A DNA stretch of 64,000 bases from assembly GCF_009914755.1 (NCBI RefSeq), contig NC_060926.1; one strand, 5' to 3'. Shown in pieces: positions 13,285 to 26,056 of the stretch. The translations under genes and the position numbers were made by a program. Below the pieces are notes generated by a model, which was given only the letters and a program-made list of their open reading frames with translations, ran no database searches and was not told the origin of the DNA. Each line of letters opens with the position of its first letter. The stretch's first letter is position 1. The DNA comes from the human T2T-CHM13v2.0 reference genome, Homo sapiens.

Positions 13285-14387
13285 ACTGGTGATTAGGAAG
13301 AAATGTCAGACCAAGGGCTCGAGAAAGTAATTTCTGATCTGTACTTCAATTTCATAACCAGAAAATCATTAATCATTTCAATGACTAACAGAGCTTTCCC
13401 TTGTCCCTATAATGTTGACCATAAGGTAATAGCATAGAGTAATGGGACACAGAGTCCAAATTGAACATCTTAAGGCTTATATTAGCAAACTGGTTAATAT
13501 GGACACAGCTGTGGTTGTCATTCAAGCTTTATTAAGCTGACAAATGCCAGATTCCAAATATATGGGCAATATGAATTGCAGCAATATATACACAATCATT
13601 GCTTCAGACTTTTCTCTGGGACCAGAACTGCAGTACCCTATAATGACTAGTCTTTCTTTTAGTTTTCAATCAAGAAATGCCAAAAAGATTGATTATAAAA
13701 TCTAATATAATATCTGAAACAGGATTGTTATACCCAGATGGTTGGTGTTGGGTTCTGCCATGGTATAGTTACTTTATATCATTTGATAATAAAATATCCA
13801 GAATTTCAGGTAGTAGTGTCAGTCTACAGCATTGTCAAAGATTTTGAAGATGTTTACAGTTTGAAGAACCCCACATTGTTCATTTTTTTGTTAAACATGA
13901 TGCTGTAATTCCTGAACAAATCTCTTCCCTGACCCAGAGATGAAAGAACACTGCTAAAAAATTTTCTCAGGCAAATTCATGGATTTGTGCATCAGAAGAG
14001 AAAAGACTGTAAGTGTGAAGACAAACCTTATGCTGAGGAGGCAAGATAAATCTAACAGAGTGGCTGAACCAATACTTACCGCAATGGCAGAGTGCAATCG
14101 TTTTCAAAATAGCTTTTTTCCAAAAGTTGTTTGGATTAAATTTTCAGTTTATATAAAATATCATCTCACAAAATTCTAAAATCATATTTTACTTTGTATA
14201 TAATTTCTACTATGAAATAAAAAATGAACTATGCCTACCCTCATTCCAAATTTGCTTAGAGCCAACTGTCTTTATATTTTCAGCCTTAAATAGGAACAGG
14301 TATGCTTCAAAACCACCCATTTTCCTAGCCTTGAAAAGTATCTCAAAGTTCTCCATATTATTAATATTCTCTGATAGAACAGGAGAG

Positions 14388-14710
14388 GATATTATTCAGA
14401 ATAGGCTACGCTATGATATAGTTACCAATAAACCTTAAAGTCTCAGTGACTTAATTGAATATACATTTCTTTCTAGCTCACACAAACTCCAGTATGTGTG
14501 AGGTAGTCCCTTTTGTCTTGTCAACACACCATCAGGAACGTGAGGCCTCCAAGGTCAGTATGATAGAGGAAGAGGAAGCTGGAAAATCACAGGGAGGGAT
14601 TCTACTTACATCCAATAGTCACGACCCAGTCACATGACCTCAACCTAACTACTAGGAAGGCTGGAAAATCCGCAGGTGCATAGGCATAGGGCACCAGCAG
14701 CTCTGCCTCA
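14388..14710 (-). mobile_element. MLT1 (I/J/K-like) LTR, putative 3' LTR of a provirus
   Basis: tattattcagaataggcta...tctcagtgactta...cccagtcacatgacctcaacctaactactaggaaggctggaaaat...ctctgcctca. Confidence 0.7.
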
Positions 14711-14727
14711 ATCTGCTTTATGGTAAC

Positions 14728-15138
14728 TGTTAAAAGAAGAACTTTAGATACATTTAACAAAGTTTAATCGAGTAAAGAACTATTGGCAAATCAGGCAACC
14801 CTCTGAACCAAAAGAAGTGAAGAGAATTCTGCCTTGCAATGTGGGCAGGCAGCATTTAGGAACAGAAAATTTAGGAACAGAAAATGGAAGTGAGATACAG
14901 AAACAGTTTAATTGGCCACACTCTGCATTTGCCTTATTTGAACATAGTCTGATCAGTTGGCCACCTGTGACTGACTGAAGCTCAGCTGCTATGATTGATT
15001 GAGATTCAGCTATCTGTTACAGGAGTACAGTCCTGAATTAGGCTTTCAGTTAGTTCATGTACTAAGTTAGGTTGTAGTTTGTTCTGTAGGGACCGGAAGT
15101 ATGCAGGCAGCTTCAGGCCAAATTAGTTTAATTCAACA
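14728..15138 (-). mobile_element. MER57-family ERV1 solo LTR
   Basis: Reverse complement begins tgttgaattaaactaatttggcctgaagctgcc...aacctaacttagtac...gttcaaataaggcaaatgc; TG...CA ends. Confidence 0.75.
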
Positions 15139-15694
15139 TTTCTGAATACCCCTCTGCCCCTTTATCCTACACATAGATGTTAGTTACCCCTCCCCTCCCC
15201 CTACGTGAACTAATCCTTAATTCAGTGCATTTAGCTTAATGTCCAGGATCTCTGGGTGATACACATTTTTCTCTATCAAATCTAGTGTGGCTTCAGAGAC
15301 TTATGAACTTTAAAAAGATGAATTCTCTGTCCCATCCAATGTGCACTGGTGGAATGGGTACCACCCTAACCACCACCTTAATAAATGCTCCTATTAAGAA
15401 AAGAAAGGGAGGCACAAAGCAGTCACAGATCTGGAATTCTGAAATCCTGCCAGACACATTTTGAAGATTCCTATCCTGGGTGAGGGATGTTCCTGGATTA
15501 ACCCTAATTCTGTCCTCCAGGAGGGTCTTCCCTTATTTATTATCTTCTTTGTCCTCATCTGAAATTTGTGAGGAATCATCTCCTTCTCTGGGTTGCATAG
15601 CTTCAGCACCTGCTTCTGCTCATGGAAGGTTGAGGGACCAAGGGTTGTTGTATGTCTCAAAGCATCAAAGGCCATTTTATACTCCATACTAATA
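15139..15694 (-). mobile_element. MLT1 internal sequence (3' part)
   Basis: Lies between the MLT1 LTR and the L1 tail; inferred continuous with 21211-21878. Confidence 0.45.
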
Positions 15695-17511
15695 GATTTT
15701 TAAAAATGTTTATCTTATTTTAAGTTCTAGGATACATGTCCAGGATGTGCAGGTTTGTTACGTAGGTAAACATGTGCCGTGGTGGTTTGCTGCACAGATC
15801 AACCTATCACCTAGGTATTAAGCCCCATATGCATTAGCTATTTATCCAGATATTGTACCTCCCACCTTGTCCCGCTCCCTCCCCTGATAGGCCCCGGTGT
15901 GTGTTATTCCCCTCCCTGTGTCCATGTGTTCTTATTGTTCAGCTCCCACTTGTAAGTGAGAACATGCAGTATTTGGTTTCCAGGTCCTGTGTTAGTTTGC
16001 TGAGGATAATGGCTGTCAGCTCCATCCATGTCCCTGCAAAGGACATGATCTTGTTCCTTTTTATGGCTGCATAGTATTCCATGATGTATAGGTACTACAT
16101 TTTCTTTATCCAGTCTATCACTGATGGGCATTTGGGTTGATTCTATGTCTTTGTTATTGTGAATAGTGCTGCAGTGAACATAAGTGTGCATGTATCTTTA
16201 TAATAGAATGATTTATATGCCTTTGGGTATATACCCAGTAATGGGATTGCTGGGTCAAATGGTATTTCCGGTTCTGAGTCTTTGAGGGATTGTCACACTC
16301 TTCCGCAATGGTTGAACTAATTACATTCCCACCAGCAGTGTAAAAGCATTTCTATTTCTCCACAGCCTTGCCAGGATCTGTTGCTTCATGATTTTTTAAT
16401 AATTGTCATTCTGACTGGTGTGAGATGGTATCTCAGTGTGGTTTTGAGTTGCATTTCTCTAATGATCAGTTATCTTGAGCTTTTTTTCTTACGTTTGTTG
16501 GCTGCATAAATATCTTCTTTTGAGAAGTGTCTGTTCATGTCCTTTGCTCACTTTTTAATGGAGTTGTTTGTTTTTTTCTTGTAAATGGTTTAAGTTCCTT
16601 GTAGATTCTGGATATTAGATCTTTGTCAGATGGATAGCCTGCAAAAATTTTCTCCCATTCTGTAGGTTGTCTATTCACTCTGGTGATACTTTCTTTTAAG
16701 CTCTTTAATATAATTAGATCTCATTTGTCAATTCTTGCTTTTATTGCAATTGCTTTTGATGTTTTCATCATGAAATCTTTGCCCGTGCCTATGTCTTGAA
16801 TGGTATTGCCTAGATTTTCTTCCAGGGCTTTTATAGTTTTGGGTTTTACATTTAAGCTTTTTGATGTGGGCATTTAGTCTATAAATGTCCCTCTTAACAC
16901 TGCTTTAACTGTGTTCCAGAGATTCTGGTATGTTGTCTCTTTGTTTTCACTGGTTTCAAAGAAGTTCTTGATTTCTGCCTTAATTTCATTATTTACCAGG
17001 AGTCATTCAGGAGCAGGTTGTTCAATTTCCATGTAGTTGTGTGGATTTAATTGAATTTCATAATAGTGAGTTCTAATTTGATTGCACTGTGGTCTGAGAG
17101 ACTGTTGTGATTTCAGGTCTTTTGCATTTGCTCAGGAGTGTTTTACTTCCAATTATGTGATTGATTTTAGAGTAAGTGCCATGTGGCACCAAGAAGAATG
17201 TACATTCTGTTGTTCTTGGGTGGAGTGTTCTGAAGATATCTATCAGGTCCACTTGATCCAGAGCTGAGTTCAAGTCCTGAATATCCTTGTTAATTTTCTC
17301 TCTTGATGATCTGTCTAATGTTGACAGTGGGGTGTTAAAATGTCCCACTATTAAGTCTCCTACTATTATTGTGCGGGAGTCTAAGTCTCTTTGTAGGTCT
17401 CTAAGAACTTGTTTTATGAATCTGGGTGCTCCTATATTGGGTACATGTATATTTAGGATAGTTAGCTCTTCTTGTTGAATTGATCCCTTTATCATTATGT
17501 AATGCCCTTCT

Positions 17512-17802
<291 letters not shown>

Positions 17803-18619
17803 ATGTAATGCCCTTCTCTGTCTTTTTTGATCTTTGTTGGTTTAAAGTCTGTTTTGTCAGAAACTAGGATTGCAACCTGTGCTTTTTTCTGCTTTCCATT
17901 TGCTTGTTAAATTTTCCTCCATCTCTTTGAGTGTATGTGTGTCTTTGCACATGAGATGGATCTCTTGAATACAGCACACCAATGGGTCTTGACTGCTTTT
18001 CCAGCCTGCCATTCTGTGTCTTTTAATTGGGACATTTAGCTCATTTCCAGTTAAGGTTAATATTGTTATATGTGAATTTGATCCTGTCATCATGATGCTA
18101 GCTGGTTATTTTAGAGACTTGTTAATGTAGTTGCTTCACAGAGTCATTGGTCTTTGTACTTCAGTATGTTTTTGCAGTGGTTGGTAATGGTTTTTCCCTT
18201 CCATATTTAGTGCTTCCTTCAGGACCCCTTGCAAGGCAGGCCTGTCTGAAAGGATTTTATTTCTCCTTTGCGTATGAAGCTTAGTTTGGCCAGATATGAA
18301 ATTCTGGGTTGGAAATTATTTTGAGAATGTTGAATACTTGAATACTGGTCCCCAATCTCTTCTGGCTTGTAGGGTTTCTGCTGAGAGGCCTGCTGTTAGT
18401 CTGGTGGGGTTTCCTTTGTAGGTGACCTGGTCTTTCTCTCTGGCTGCCATTAATATTTTTTCCTTCATTTTGACCTTGAAGAATCTGATAATATGTCTTG
18501 GGGTTGATATTTTCATGGAGTATCTTACTGGAGTTCTCTGGATTTCCTGAATTTGAATGTTGGTCTGTCTTGTTAGGTTGGGGAAGTTATTTTGGATGAT
18601 ATTTTGAAGTATGTTTTCT

Positions 18620-19190
18620 TTTTTTTTTTTTTTTAACATTTTTATTTTTTATTTTATTTTATTTTTTAAATTTTTTTATTATTATTATACTTTAAGTTTT
18701 AGGGTACATGTGCACAATGTGCAGGTTAGTTACATATGTATACCTGTGCCATGCTGGTGTGCTGCACCCATTAACTCGTCATTTAGCATTAGGTATATCG
18801 CCTAATGCTATCCCTCCCCCCTCCCCCCACCCCACAACAGTCCCCAGAGTGTGATGTTCCCCTTCCTGTGTCCATGTGTTCTCATTGTTCAATTCCCACC
18901 TATAAGTGAGAACATGCGGTGTTTAGTTTTTTGTCCTTGCGATAGTTTACTGAGAATGATGATTTCCAATTTCATCCATGTCCCTACAAAGGACATGAAC
19001 TCATCATTTTTTATGGCTGCATAGTATTCCATGGTATATATGTGCCACATTTTCTTAATCCAGTCTATCATTGTTGGACATTTGGGTTGGTTCCAAGTCT
19101 TTGCTATTGTGAATAGTGCCGCAATAAACATACGTGTGCATGTGTCTTTATAGCAGCATGATTTATAGTCCTTTGGGTATATACCCAGTA
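18620..19190 (-). mobile_element. L1PA3-like 3' end (non-inverted arm of a twin-primed insertion)
   Basis: Poly(T) tail, acaacagtccccagagtgtgat, gagaacatgcggtg; ORF2 C-terminus MFIAALFTIAKTW...SLIGGN. Confidence 0.92.
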
Positions 19191-20823
19191 AAAGCAGAGT
19201 GCCTCTCCTCCTCCAAAGGAATGCAGTTCCTCACCAGCAACCGAACAAAGCTGGACGGAGAATGACTTTGACGAGTTGAGAGAAGAAGGCTTCAGACGAT
19301 CAAACTACTCCGAGCTACAGGAGGACATTCAAACCAAAGGCAAAGAAGTGGAAAACTTTGAAAAAAATTTAGACAAACGTATAACTAGAATAACCAATAC
19401 AGAGAAGTGTTTAAAGGAGCTGATGGAGCTGAAAGCCAAGGCTCGAGAACTACATGAAGAATGCAGAAGCCTCAGGAGCTGATGCGATCAACTGGAAGAA
19501 AGGGTTTCAGTGACAGACGATGAAATGAATGAAATGAAGCGAGAAGGGAAATTTAGAGGAAAAAGAATAAAAAGAAACAAACAAAGCCTCCAAGAAATAT
19601 GGGACTATGTGAAAAGACCAAATCTATGTCTGACTGGTGTACCTGAAAGTGACGGGGAGAATGGAACCAAGTTGGAAAACACTCTGCAGGATATTAGCCA
19701 GGAGAACTTCCCCAATCTAGCAAGGCAGGCCAACATTCAGATTCAGATACTCCTCGAGAAGAGCAACTCCAAGACACATAATTGTCAGATTCACCAAAGT
19801 TGAAATGATGGAAAAAATGTTAAGGGCAGCCAGAGAGAAAGGTCGGGTTACCCACAAAGGGAAGCCCATCAGACTAACAGTGGATCTCTCAGCAGAAACT
19901 CTACAAGCCAGAAGAGAGTGGGGGCCAATATTCAACATTCTTAAAGAAAAGAATTTTCAACCCAGAATTTCATATCCAGCCAAACTAAGCTTCATAAGTA
20001 AAGGAGAAATAAACTACTTTACAGACAAGCAAATGCTGAGAGATTTTGTCACCACCAGGCCTGCCCTAAAAGAACTCCCGAAGGAAGCACTAAACATGGA
20101 AAGGAACAACCAGTACCAGCTGCTGCAAAATCATGCCAAAATGTAAAGACCATCGAGACTAGGAAGAAACTGCATCAACTAACGAGCAAAATAACCAGCT
20201 AACATCGTAATGACAGGATCAAATTCACACATAACAATATTAACTTTAAATGTAAATGGACTAAATGCTCCAATTAAAAGACACAGACTGGCAAATTGGA
20301 TAAAGAGTCAAGACCCATCAGTGTGCTGTATTCAGGAAACCCATCTCACATGCAGAGACACACATAGGCTCAAAATAAAAGGATGGAGGAAGATCTACCA
20401 AGCAAATGGAAAACAAAAAAAGGCAGGGGTTGCAATCCTAGTCTCTGATAAAATAGACTTTAAACCAACAAAGATCAAAAGAGACAAAGAAGGCCATTAC
20501 ATAATGGTAAAGGGATCAATTCAACAAGAAGAGCTAACTATCCTAAATATATATGCACCCAATACAGGAGCACCCAGATTCATAAAGCAAGTCCTGAGTG
20601 ACCTACAAAGAGACTTAGACTCCCACACAATAATAATGGGAGATTTTAACACCCCACTGTCAACATTAGACAGATCAACGAGACAGAAAGTTAACACGGA
20701 TACCCAGGAATTGAACTCAGCTCTGCACCAAGCAGACCTAATAGACATCTACAGAACTCTCCACCCCAAATCAACAGAATATACATGTTTTTCAGCACCA
20801 CACCACACCTATTCCAAAATTGA
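19191..20823 (+). mobile_element. L1PA3-like inverted arm: ORF1 (from ~aa 14, disrupted) plus ORF2 endonuclease aa 1-204
   Basis: ORF track 19276, 19510, 19805 (ORF1 pieces) and 20210 (MTGSNSHITILTLNVNGLN...HHTYSKI); 16-bp TSD ttgaagtatgttttct at 18604-18619 and 20820-20835. Confidence 0.93.
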
Positions 20824-21210
20824 AGTATGTTTTCTAACTTGGTTCCATTCCCCAATCAGTCGTAGGTTTGATCTTTTCACATAATCCCATACTTCTCAGA
20901 ATTTTGTTCATTCCTTTTCATTTTTTTTTTCTCTAATCTTGTCTGCCTGTCTTATTTCAGCAAGATAGTCTTCAAGCTCTGAAATTCTTTCCTCTGCTTG
21001 GTCTATTTGGTTATTGATACTTGTGGTTGCTTTATGAAGTTCTCGTGTTGTGTTTTTCAGTTCCATAAGGTCATTTATGTTCCTCTCCAAACTAGTTATT
21101 CTGGTTAATGGCTCATCAGTTGCCGGTGCAGGATTCACTCACTGCTTTTGTCCTACTTGGTGGGAGCCTCTGACCACAGTTGTTTCTAGTCAGCCATCTT
21201 GGCCCCTCCC

Positions 21211-21878
21211 TTTTGCTCATAAAGTTTTGTGGGGAAAATAACATCCTTCAAAAATTCAGCAGACCTTTGATCTATTTGATTCTAATCAGTTGCATGTGCT
21301 AATAAACACATCTAAAGTTATCTTCTAGATATAGTCCTCAAATCTACTCTTTTCTTACTTCTATTTTTTATTTTAACTTAATGGTGGCTATGTTCGTATT
21401 TCCAGTGTGGAGAGAAAGGTCACTTCTTTAATCTGATCTGTGCTCATAATAATATTATTCACATTTTGCTAGATATTTGCTGATCAAAATCTTTTTAAAT
21501 TCCACCTTTACCTTTTGGAATCTAGAAGCAGTAGCCTTTTCCAATCCTGCAATGCCTCAAATTTCTGGACTTGATTTCTGTTTATAAACTCATCAGTTCT
21601 CTTCTGAACTCATCTCTTCTATATAACATCTCGCCAAACGCAGCCAATAGGAACCAACACACAATACTAACTTATTGTTTTCCAACCTTTTCCCCTAGAG
21701 ATGTCAGATCAGTAATCACATAGGCCACCTTGCAAATTATTGCAGGAGCAAATTTTCAAATGTTTTGCCACTGGATGACATAAATCAAGACTTTTCCAGC
21801 CTCCACTATTGGTTTCTTCACCATCTACTGGCCACCCATGAATCCAATGCTACATGCTAGTAGCTTGAGTACCAGAGA
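21211..21878 (-). mobile_element. MLT1 internal sequence (5' part)
   Basis: Reverse complement has MLT1-int-like gaggctggaaaa...cagtggcaaaacatttg...gtgtgttggttcctattggctgcgtttggc...gagatgagttcagaag and PBS-like tggtactcaag. Confidence 0.65.
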
Positions 21879-22251
21879 TGTAATGAAAAACAGAAACAAA
21901 AATAAAAAATCCCTAATTTACAAAATGGTCAACCTCCCAGCTTTCAGTGACATTGACAATGAAGATTATTTTCAGCTCACACAATGTGTAATGCATGGTA
22001 GGTAGCCCTCTCCTATCTTACAGCTGTGTCATTGTGAATACCTGGCCTCCAACACTGCTGAAGTTTTGGAATGAAAGGGCTGGATAACCACACTGGAAAA
22101 CCTTAGGGATGCTCTGGAAGAGGCTTACATTATTTTAACTAATTTCTCATTGGCCAGGTCCCCATTAATTAGTTCCAACCAAACTGTAGGAGAAGCTAGG
22201 AAACACCTTGGAGCATATGGATTTAAAGGAAAGTACTCAGTCTCGGTCACA
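21879..22251 (-). mobile_element. MLT1 (I/J/K-like) LTR, putative 5' LTR
   Basis: ttcagtgacattgacaat...cagctcacacaa...tggcctccaa...cattggccagg...ccaaactgtaggagaagctaggaaa...tctcggtcaca; collinear with 14388-14710. Confidence 0.6.
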
Positions 22252-22268
22252 TATATCCCCAAAGATAT

Positions 22269-22698
22269 TACTATGATTTAAATGTTTGTCCCCTCTGAAA
22301 CTCATGTTGAAACTTAATCCCCAATGTGGCAGTATTGAGAGGTAGGGCCTTTAAGAGGTGATTGGGTTATGAGAACTCGCCCTCATGAATGAATTAATCT
22401 ATTCATTGATCAATGAATCATTGATTAATCAATGAATGGATTAATGGGCTATTATGGGAGTGGGGTGTTATAAGAGAAAGAGAAGCCTAAGCCAGCACAC
22501 TGCCCCCTCACCATTAGATGCTCTCTGCCATCTCAAGACTCTGCAGAGAGTCCCTACCAGCAAGAAGGCCCTCACCAGATGTGGCCTCTTGACCTGGCAC
22601 TTCTCAGCCTCTGTAACTGTAATAAATAAATTCTTTTTCTTTATAAATTACTCAGTTTCAGGCATTCTGTTACAAGCAACAGAAAACAGACTAAGACA
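22269..22698 (+). mobile_element. MST (MSTB2/MSTC-like) MaLR solo LTR
   Basis: tactatgatttaaatgtttgtcccctc...cagcaagaaggccctcaccagatg...cagactaagaca; imperfect TSD gatat/gacac. Confidence 0.88.
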
Positions 22699-22769
22699 GA
22701 CACCAAATCCAAAATTACCCACACAAAAAATCTAAAGTTTTGCACAAGTTGTTTTACCATTAATTCTTT

Positions 22770-22880
22770 GTGTTCCCAACTAGAAAATGAGCTTAATTTT
22801 ATTTAATCATAATAGAATGATTGTGAGGATTTAATACCATGACATATAAAATCTTAGCATAATATCTGATGCAAAATAGC
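22770..22880 (+). mobile_element. MIR fragment
   Basis: tagaatgattgtgaggatttaa...atataaaatcttagcataatatctg. Confidence 0.5.
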
Positions 22881-23201
22881 CTCTTTTAAGAAGGTTAATA
22901 AAATCTCAATAGAGAATTTCTAATTTGTTCTAAGTTTTATGCATGGGGATATTCAGGCTTAATATTCAGACTTAGCATTCTTTATAAAATAATTACAGAA
23001 AGCTGTTTTGACCATTGGCAGCCCTGCAAGTCCCCTTTCAGTAGTATGTGGATTGCAACATTAACATTAAGGTTTTAGCTTTTTGTTCTGCTCTTGGCAT
23101 TCTTTAGTGGTGTTTTTAAAAGCCCTGATTGAAGTGTAGGTTGGTTAACTACTGAAGGATGTGGTAGGAAGGACTGACCCATGAGCTAGAGGGAATAATA
23201 T

Positions 23202-23656
23202 TGTCTCTGGATTGGGTTGCCACTAAGGAAGTACTTAGGATAAGGATTTCAGTGCAGTTAGTTTATTTGGGGGTGATCCCAGGAAGCATGGTGAAGTAAT
23301 GGTGAGCTGAGAAATCAGGAAGGAAGTAAAGGCTGTAAAAGATGTATTAATGACTGGGCTACCATGTGGGAAACTATGGGCTGCCTGGGAGCTTCTAGGT
23401 CACTGTGGAAGACACTTTATAATTGTCCCATCAGGGCTTGAAAAACCTGGGTGTTTATCCATCAGTTCCTGTCTCTCCATGGCTGAAGTTCTTTTTCTCT
23501 ATCCTTACTCTCCAGCACTTCCAGCCTGCCTTGTGCACAAATGAGCATGCCAGAGGAACCCCACAGGCAGAGAGAGGCAAGACGCCATCAGCATATCTGG
23601 GAACTATATGCAGGTGACCTCTGGAGTGGGCCTGGGGGATGGGTGGGACCAACAGC
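23202..23656 (-). mobile_element. LTR33-family ERVL LTR
   Basis: aaggatttcagtgcagttagtttatttgggggtgatcccaggaagca...gggtgtttatccatcagttcctgtctctccatggctgaag. Confidence 0.7.
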
Positions 23657-24573
23657 AGGAACCTATGTTTAAAATGATGCCCCTCAGAATTTCTCAATCA
23701 CTGGGGCCATGCATCCCAAAGCCCTTCCTAGCATTCCTTTTTTATTATTACCAACTTGTGAATGTACCTTATAATTTGCAAATTATGATTTCTGACAAGG
23801 AATGAAAAGGTTACACTTGCAAAATTTGCTTTATTTCCCAGTCCACTGCTGTGTTTTCTCTTTCTACTAGGTTCTGTTACTCTTTTCTTTCTTTGTCTAT
23901 ATTTTGCAAGGACCAAATTCTCCTTCTTTGGTAGGAGCATATTGAAGGGTTCAGGCCTGCCCAGCTGGTACATTCACCCAGTTTGTACAGGGGTAAGCCA
24001 CTGAGGTTATAATCCCAGGATGTGGCAGACAGCAGAAACTTCTAGCCTGTTAAACATTTTCTGCATGCCCCATTCTCAATCCCTCTTTCCCTTTTATTAT
24101 TTTCATTATTTTAAACTAATTTCTATTTGCTTTTTTTTCAATTTAAAATGTTAAATTTTAAACATTTTAAAATCTGGGTTAGAATCCCCTTTTTATTCTG
24201 AATTAAAAGGTATATTTTTCATAACTCAAACAACAACATTTTGGCAGGAAGTTAGCAGAAACATATGGGCCTCCGCATTTTGATGCCCAGACTGGCTTCT
24301 GCCAAAACATTTCTTTGCTGTCATATAGACAGCAGCAATGTTTGGGACTGTTGGGGTATCATCCTACACAGCTCAGGATAGGAAATGCTTCTGCTTAACA
24401 GCCTTTGTGTGTACAGAGGGACTTCCCACCCAGACTTTGAGAATTCCCAGAAGTGAGAGGGATGCAGAATCAGTTATCATCCCCTTCTTTAAGCTGCACA
24501 ACTCCAAGCAGTGTCCCTTAACTTCATCAGCCCACAGACAGTAACAGGATGGCTGGGATAGGAAAGGAGAGAG

Positions 24574-25050
24574 TATTAGTCGACTACAAACCAGAAAACA
24601 GAAACCACTCTATTTTTCAAAAGTGAGAATTTAATTCAAGGGATTGGCTGCACAGGTAATGGAAGACAAAAATGAAATAGGAAAGAGTGAGACAACTCAG
24701 AGATTAGCCAAAGTAGGAAGCCCCTTACCACCTAGGAGTGGAAGGGAAAAGGGAAAGCCAGAGTTACTCAAGCTCCATGGAAGTGGGAACCATGATGGGC
24801 TTGTCCCATGACATCCTGAGCCAAGGAAGAGACTCAGTGACTGCCAGAGACACCTCCTGAGCAGACAGGGAGAGGAAGAAATACCCCGGCCTCCCTTCCT
24901 CCCACCCTCCAATCTTCTTGCAGTGCCTCACGCTAAATGAACCATAAGGCAACGGACATGGTAGCCTGGGATGCTAGCCTGCAATATAGACCGGAACAAG
25001 GAGAAGACTGGGAAGGATCTGAGAGCAAATAGGCCAAGACTGAGTAGCAT
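24574..25050 (-). mobile_element. Ancient LTR (LTR78/LTR79-like; family uncertain)
   Basis: cagaaaacagaaaccactcta...aatttaattcaagggattggctgcacaggtaatggaag...ggaagaaataccccggcctcccttcctcccaccctccaatc. Confidence 0.5.
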
Positions 25051-26056
25051 AGAGTGGAAAGTATGAAATTACTGGGATGGAACCATGCATCCAAACCTGC
25101 AATTTTTTTTTCACAAAAATGGCATTGTTGGCTTTTTTAATGAACAATTTTTAAAGAAATTTTTGAAATTACTATTCTTTTTGACACGTAACCATTGTAC
25201 ATGTTTCTGAGGTACAGTGTGATATTTCAATATATGTATACAATGTGTAATGATCAAATCAGGGTAATTAAAATATCAACCTACAGTGCTACAGAACACT
25301 AGATCTTATCCCTCCTAGCTGTAAGTTCGTATTCATTAACCAACTTTTCCCTATCCCCCTACTGTTCCCAGCCTCTAGTAACTACTCCATTTCTATGAGA
25401 TCAACTTTTTTAGTTTCCACATATGAGTGAGAACATATTTCTGTCGCTGTGCCTGGCTTATTTCACTTAACACAGTCCTCCAGGTTCATCCATGTTGGCA
25501 AAAATGACAGAATTCCATTCATTTTTATGGTTGAATAGTATTCCTTTGTTTATATATACCATGTTTTCTTTATCCATTCGTCTGTACACCATCTCTTAGG
25601 CTGATTCCATATCATGGCTATTGTGAATAGTGTTACAATACACATAGAAGTGTAGGTATCTCTTGGACATACTGATTTCTTTCCTTTGGATATATACTCA
25701 GTAGTGGGATTGCTGGATCATATAGTGGTTCTATTTTTAGTTTATTGAGGAACCTCCATTCTGTTTTCCATAATGGCCATACTAATTTACATCCCTATCA
25801 ACAGCAAATAAGAGTTCCCCTTTCTCCCCATCTTGCCAGTATTTGTTATTTTTTTGTCGTATTGATAACAGCCATTCGAACTGGCTAAGATGATATCTTA
25901 ACAGATGATATGTGTTTTGATAACAGCCATTCTGACTGATAAGATGATATCTCATTGTGGTTTTGATCTGTATTTCCTTGATGATTAGTGATGTTGAGCA
26001 TTTTTTCATATACTTGTTGACCATTTGTATGTCTTCTTTTGAGAAATGTCTATGTA

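Noticed and set aside
16845-16875. ORF2 gap as a second splice event
   Set aside because: The junction is not explained by GT-AG boundaries; short microhomology fits better.
18812-18835. G-quadruplex-forming tract
   Set aside because: Normal L1 3'UTR G-rich tract.
20210-20884. 224-aa ORF as a functional stand-alone endonuclease gene
   Set aside because: It is L1 ORF2 EN truncated at the insertion junction exactly at catalytic D205 (YSKI-E instead of YSKI-D), it lacks H230, and it has no promoter.
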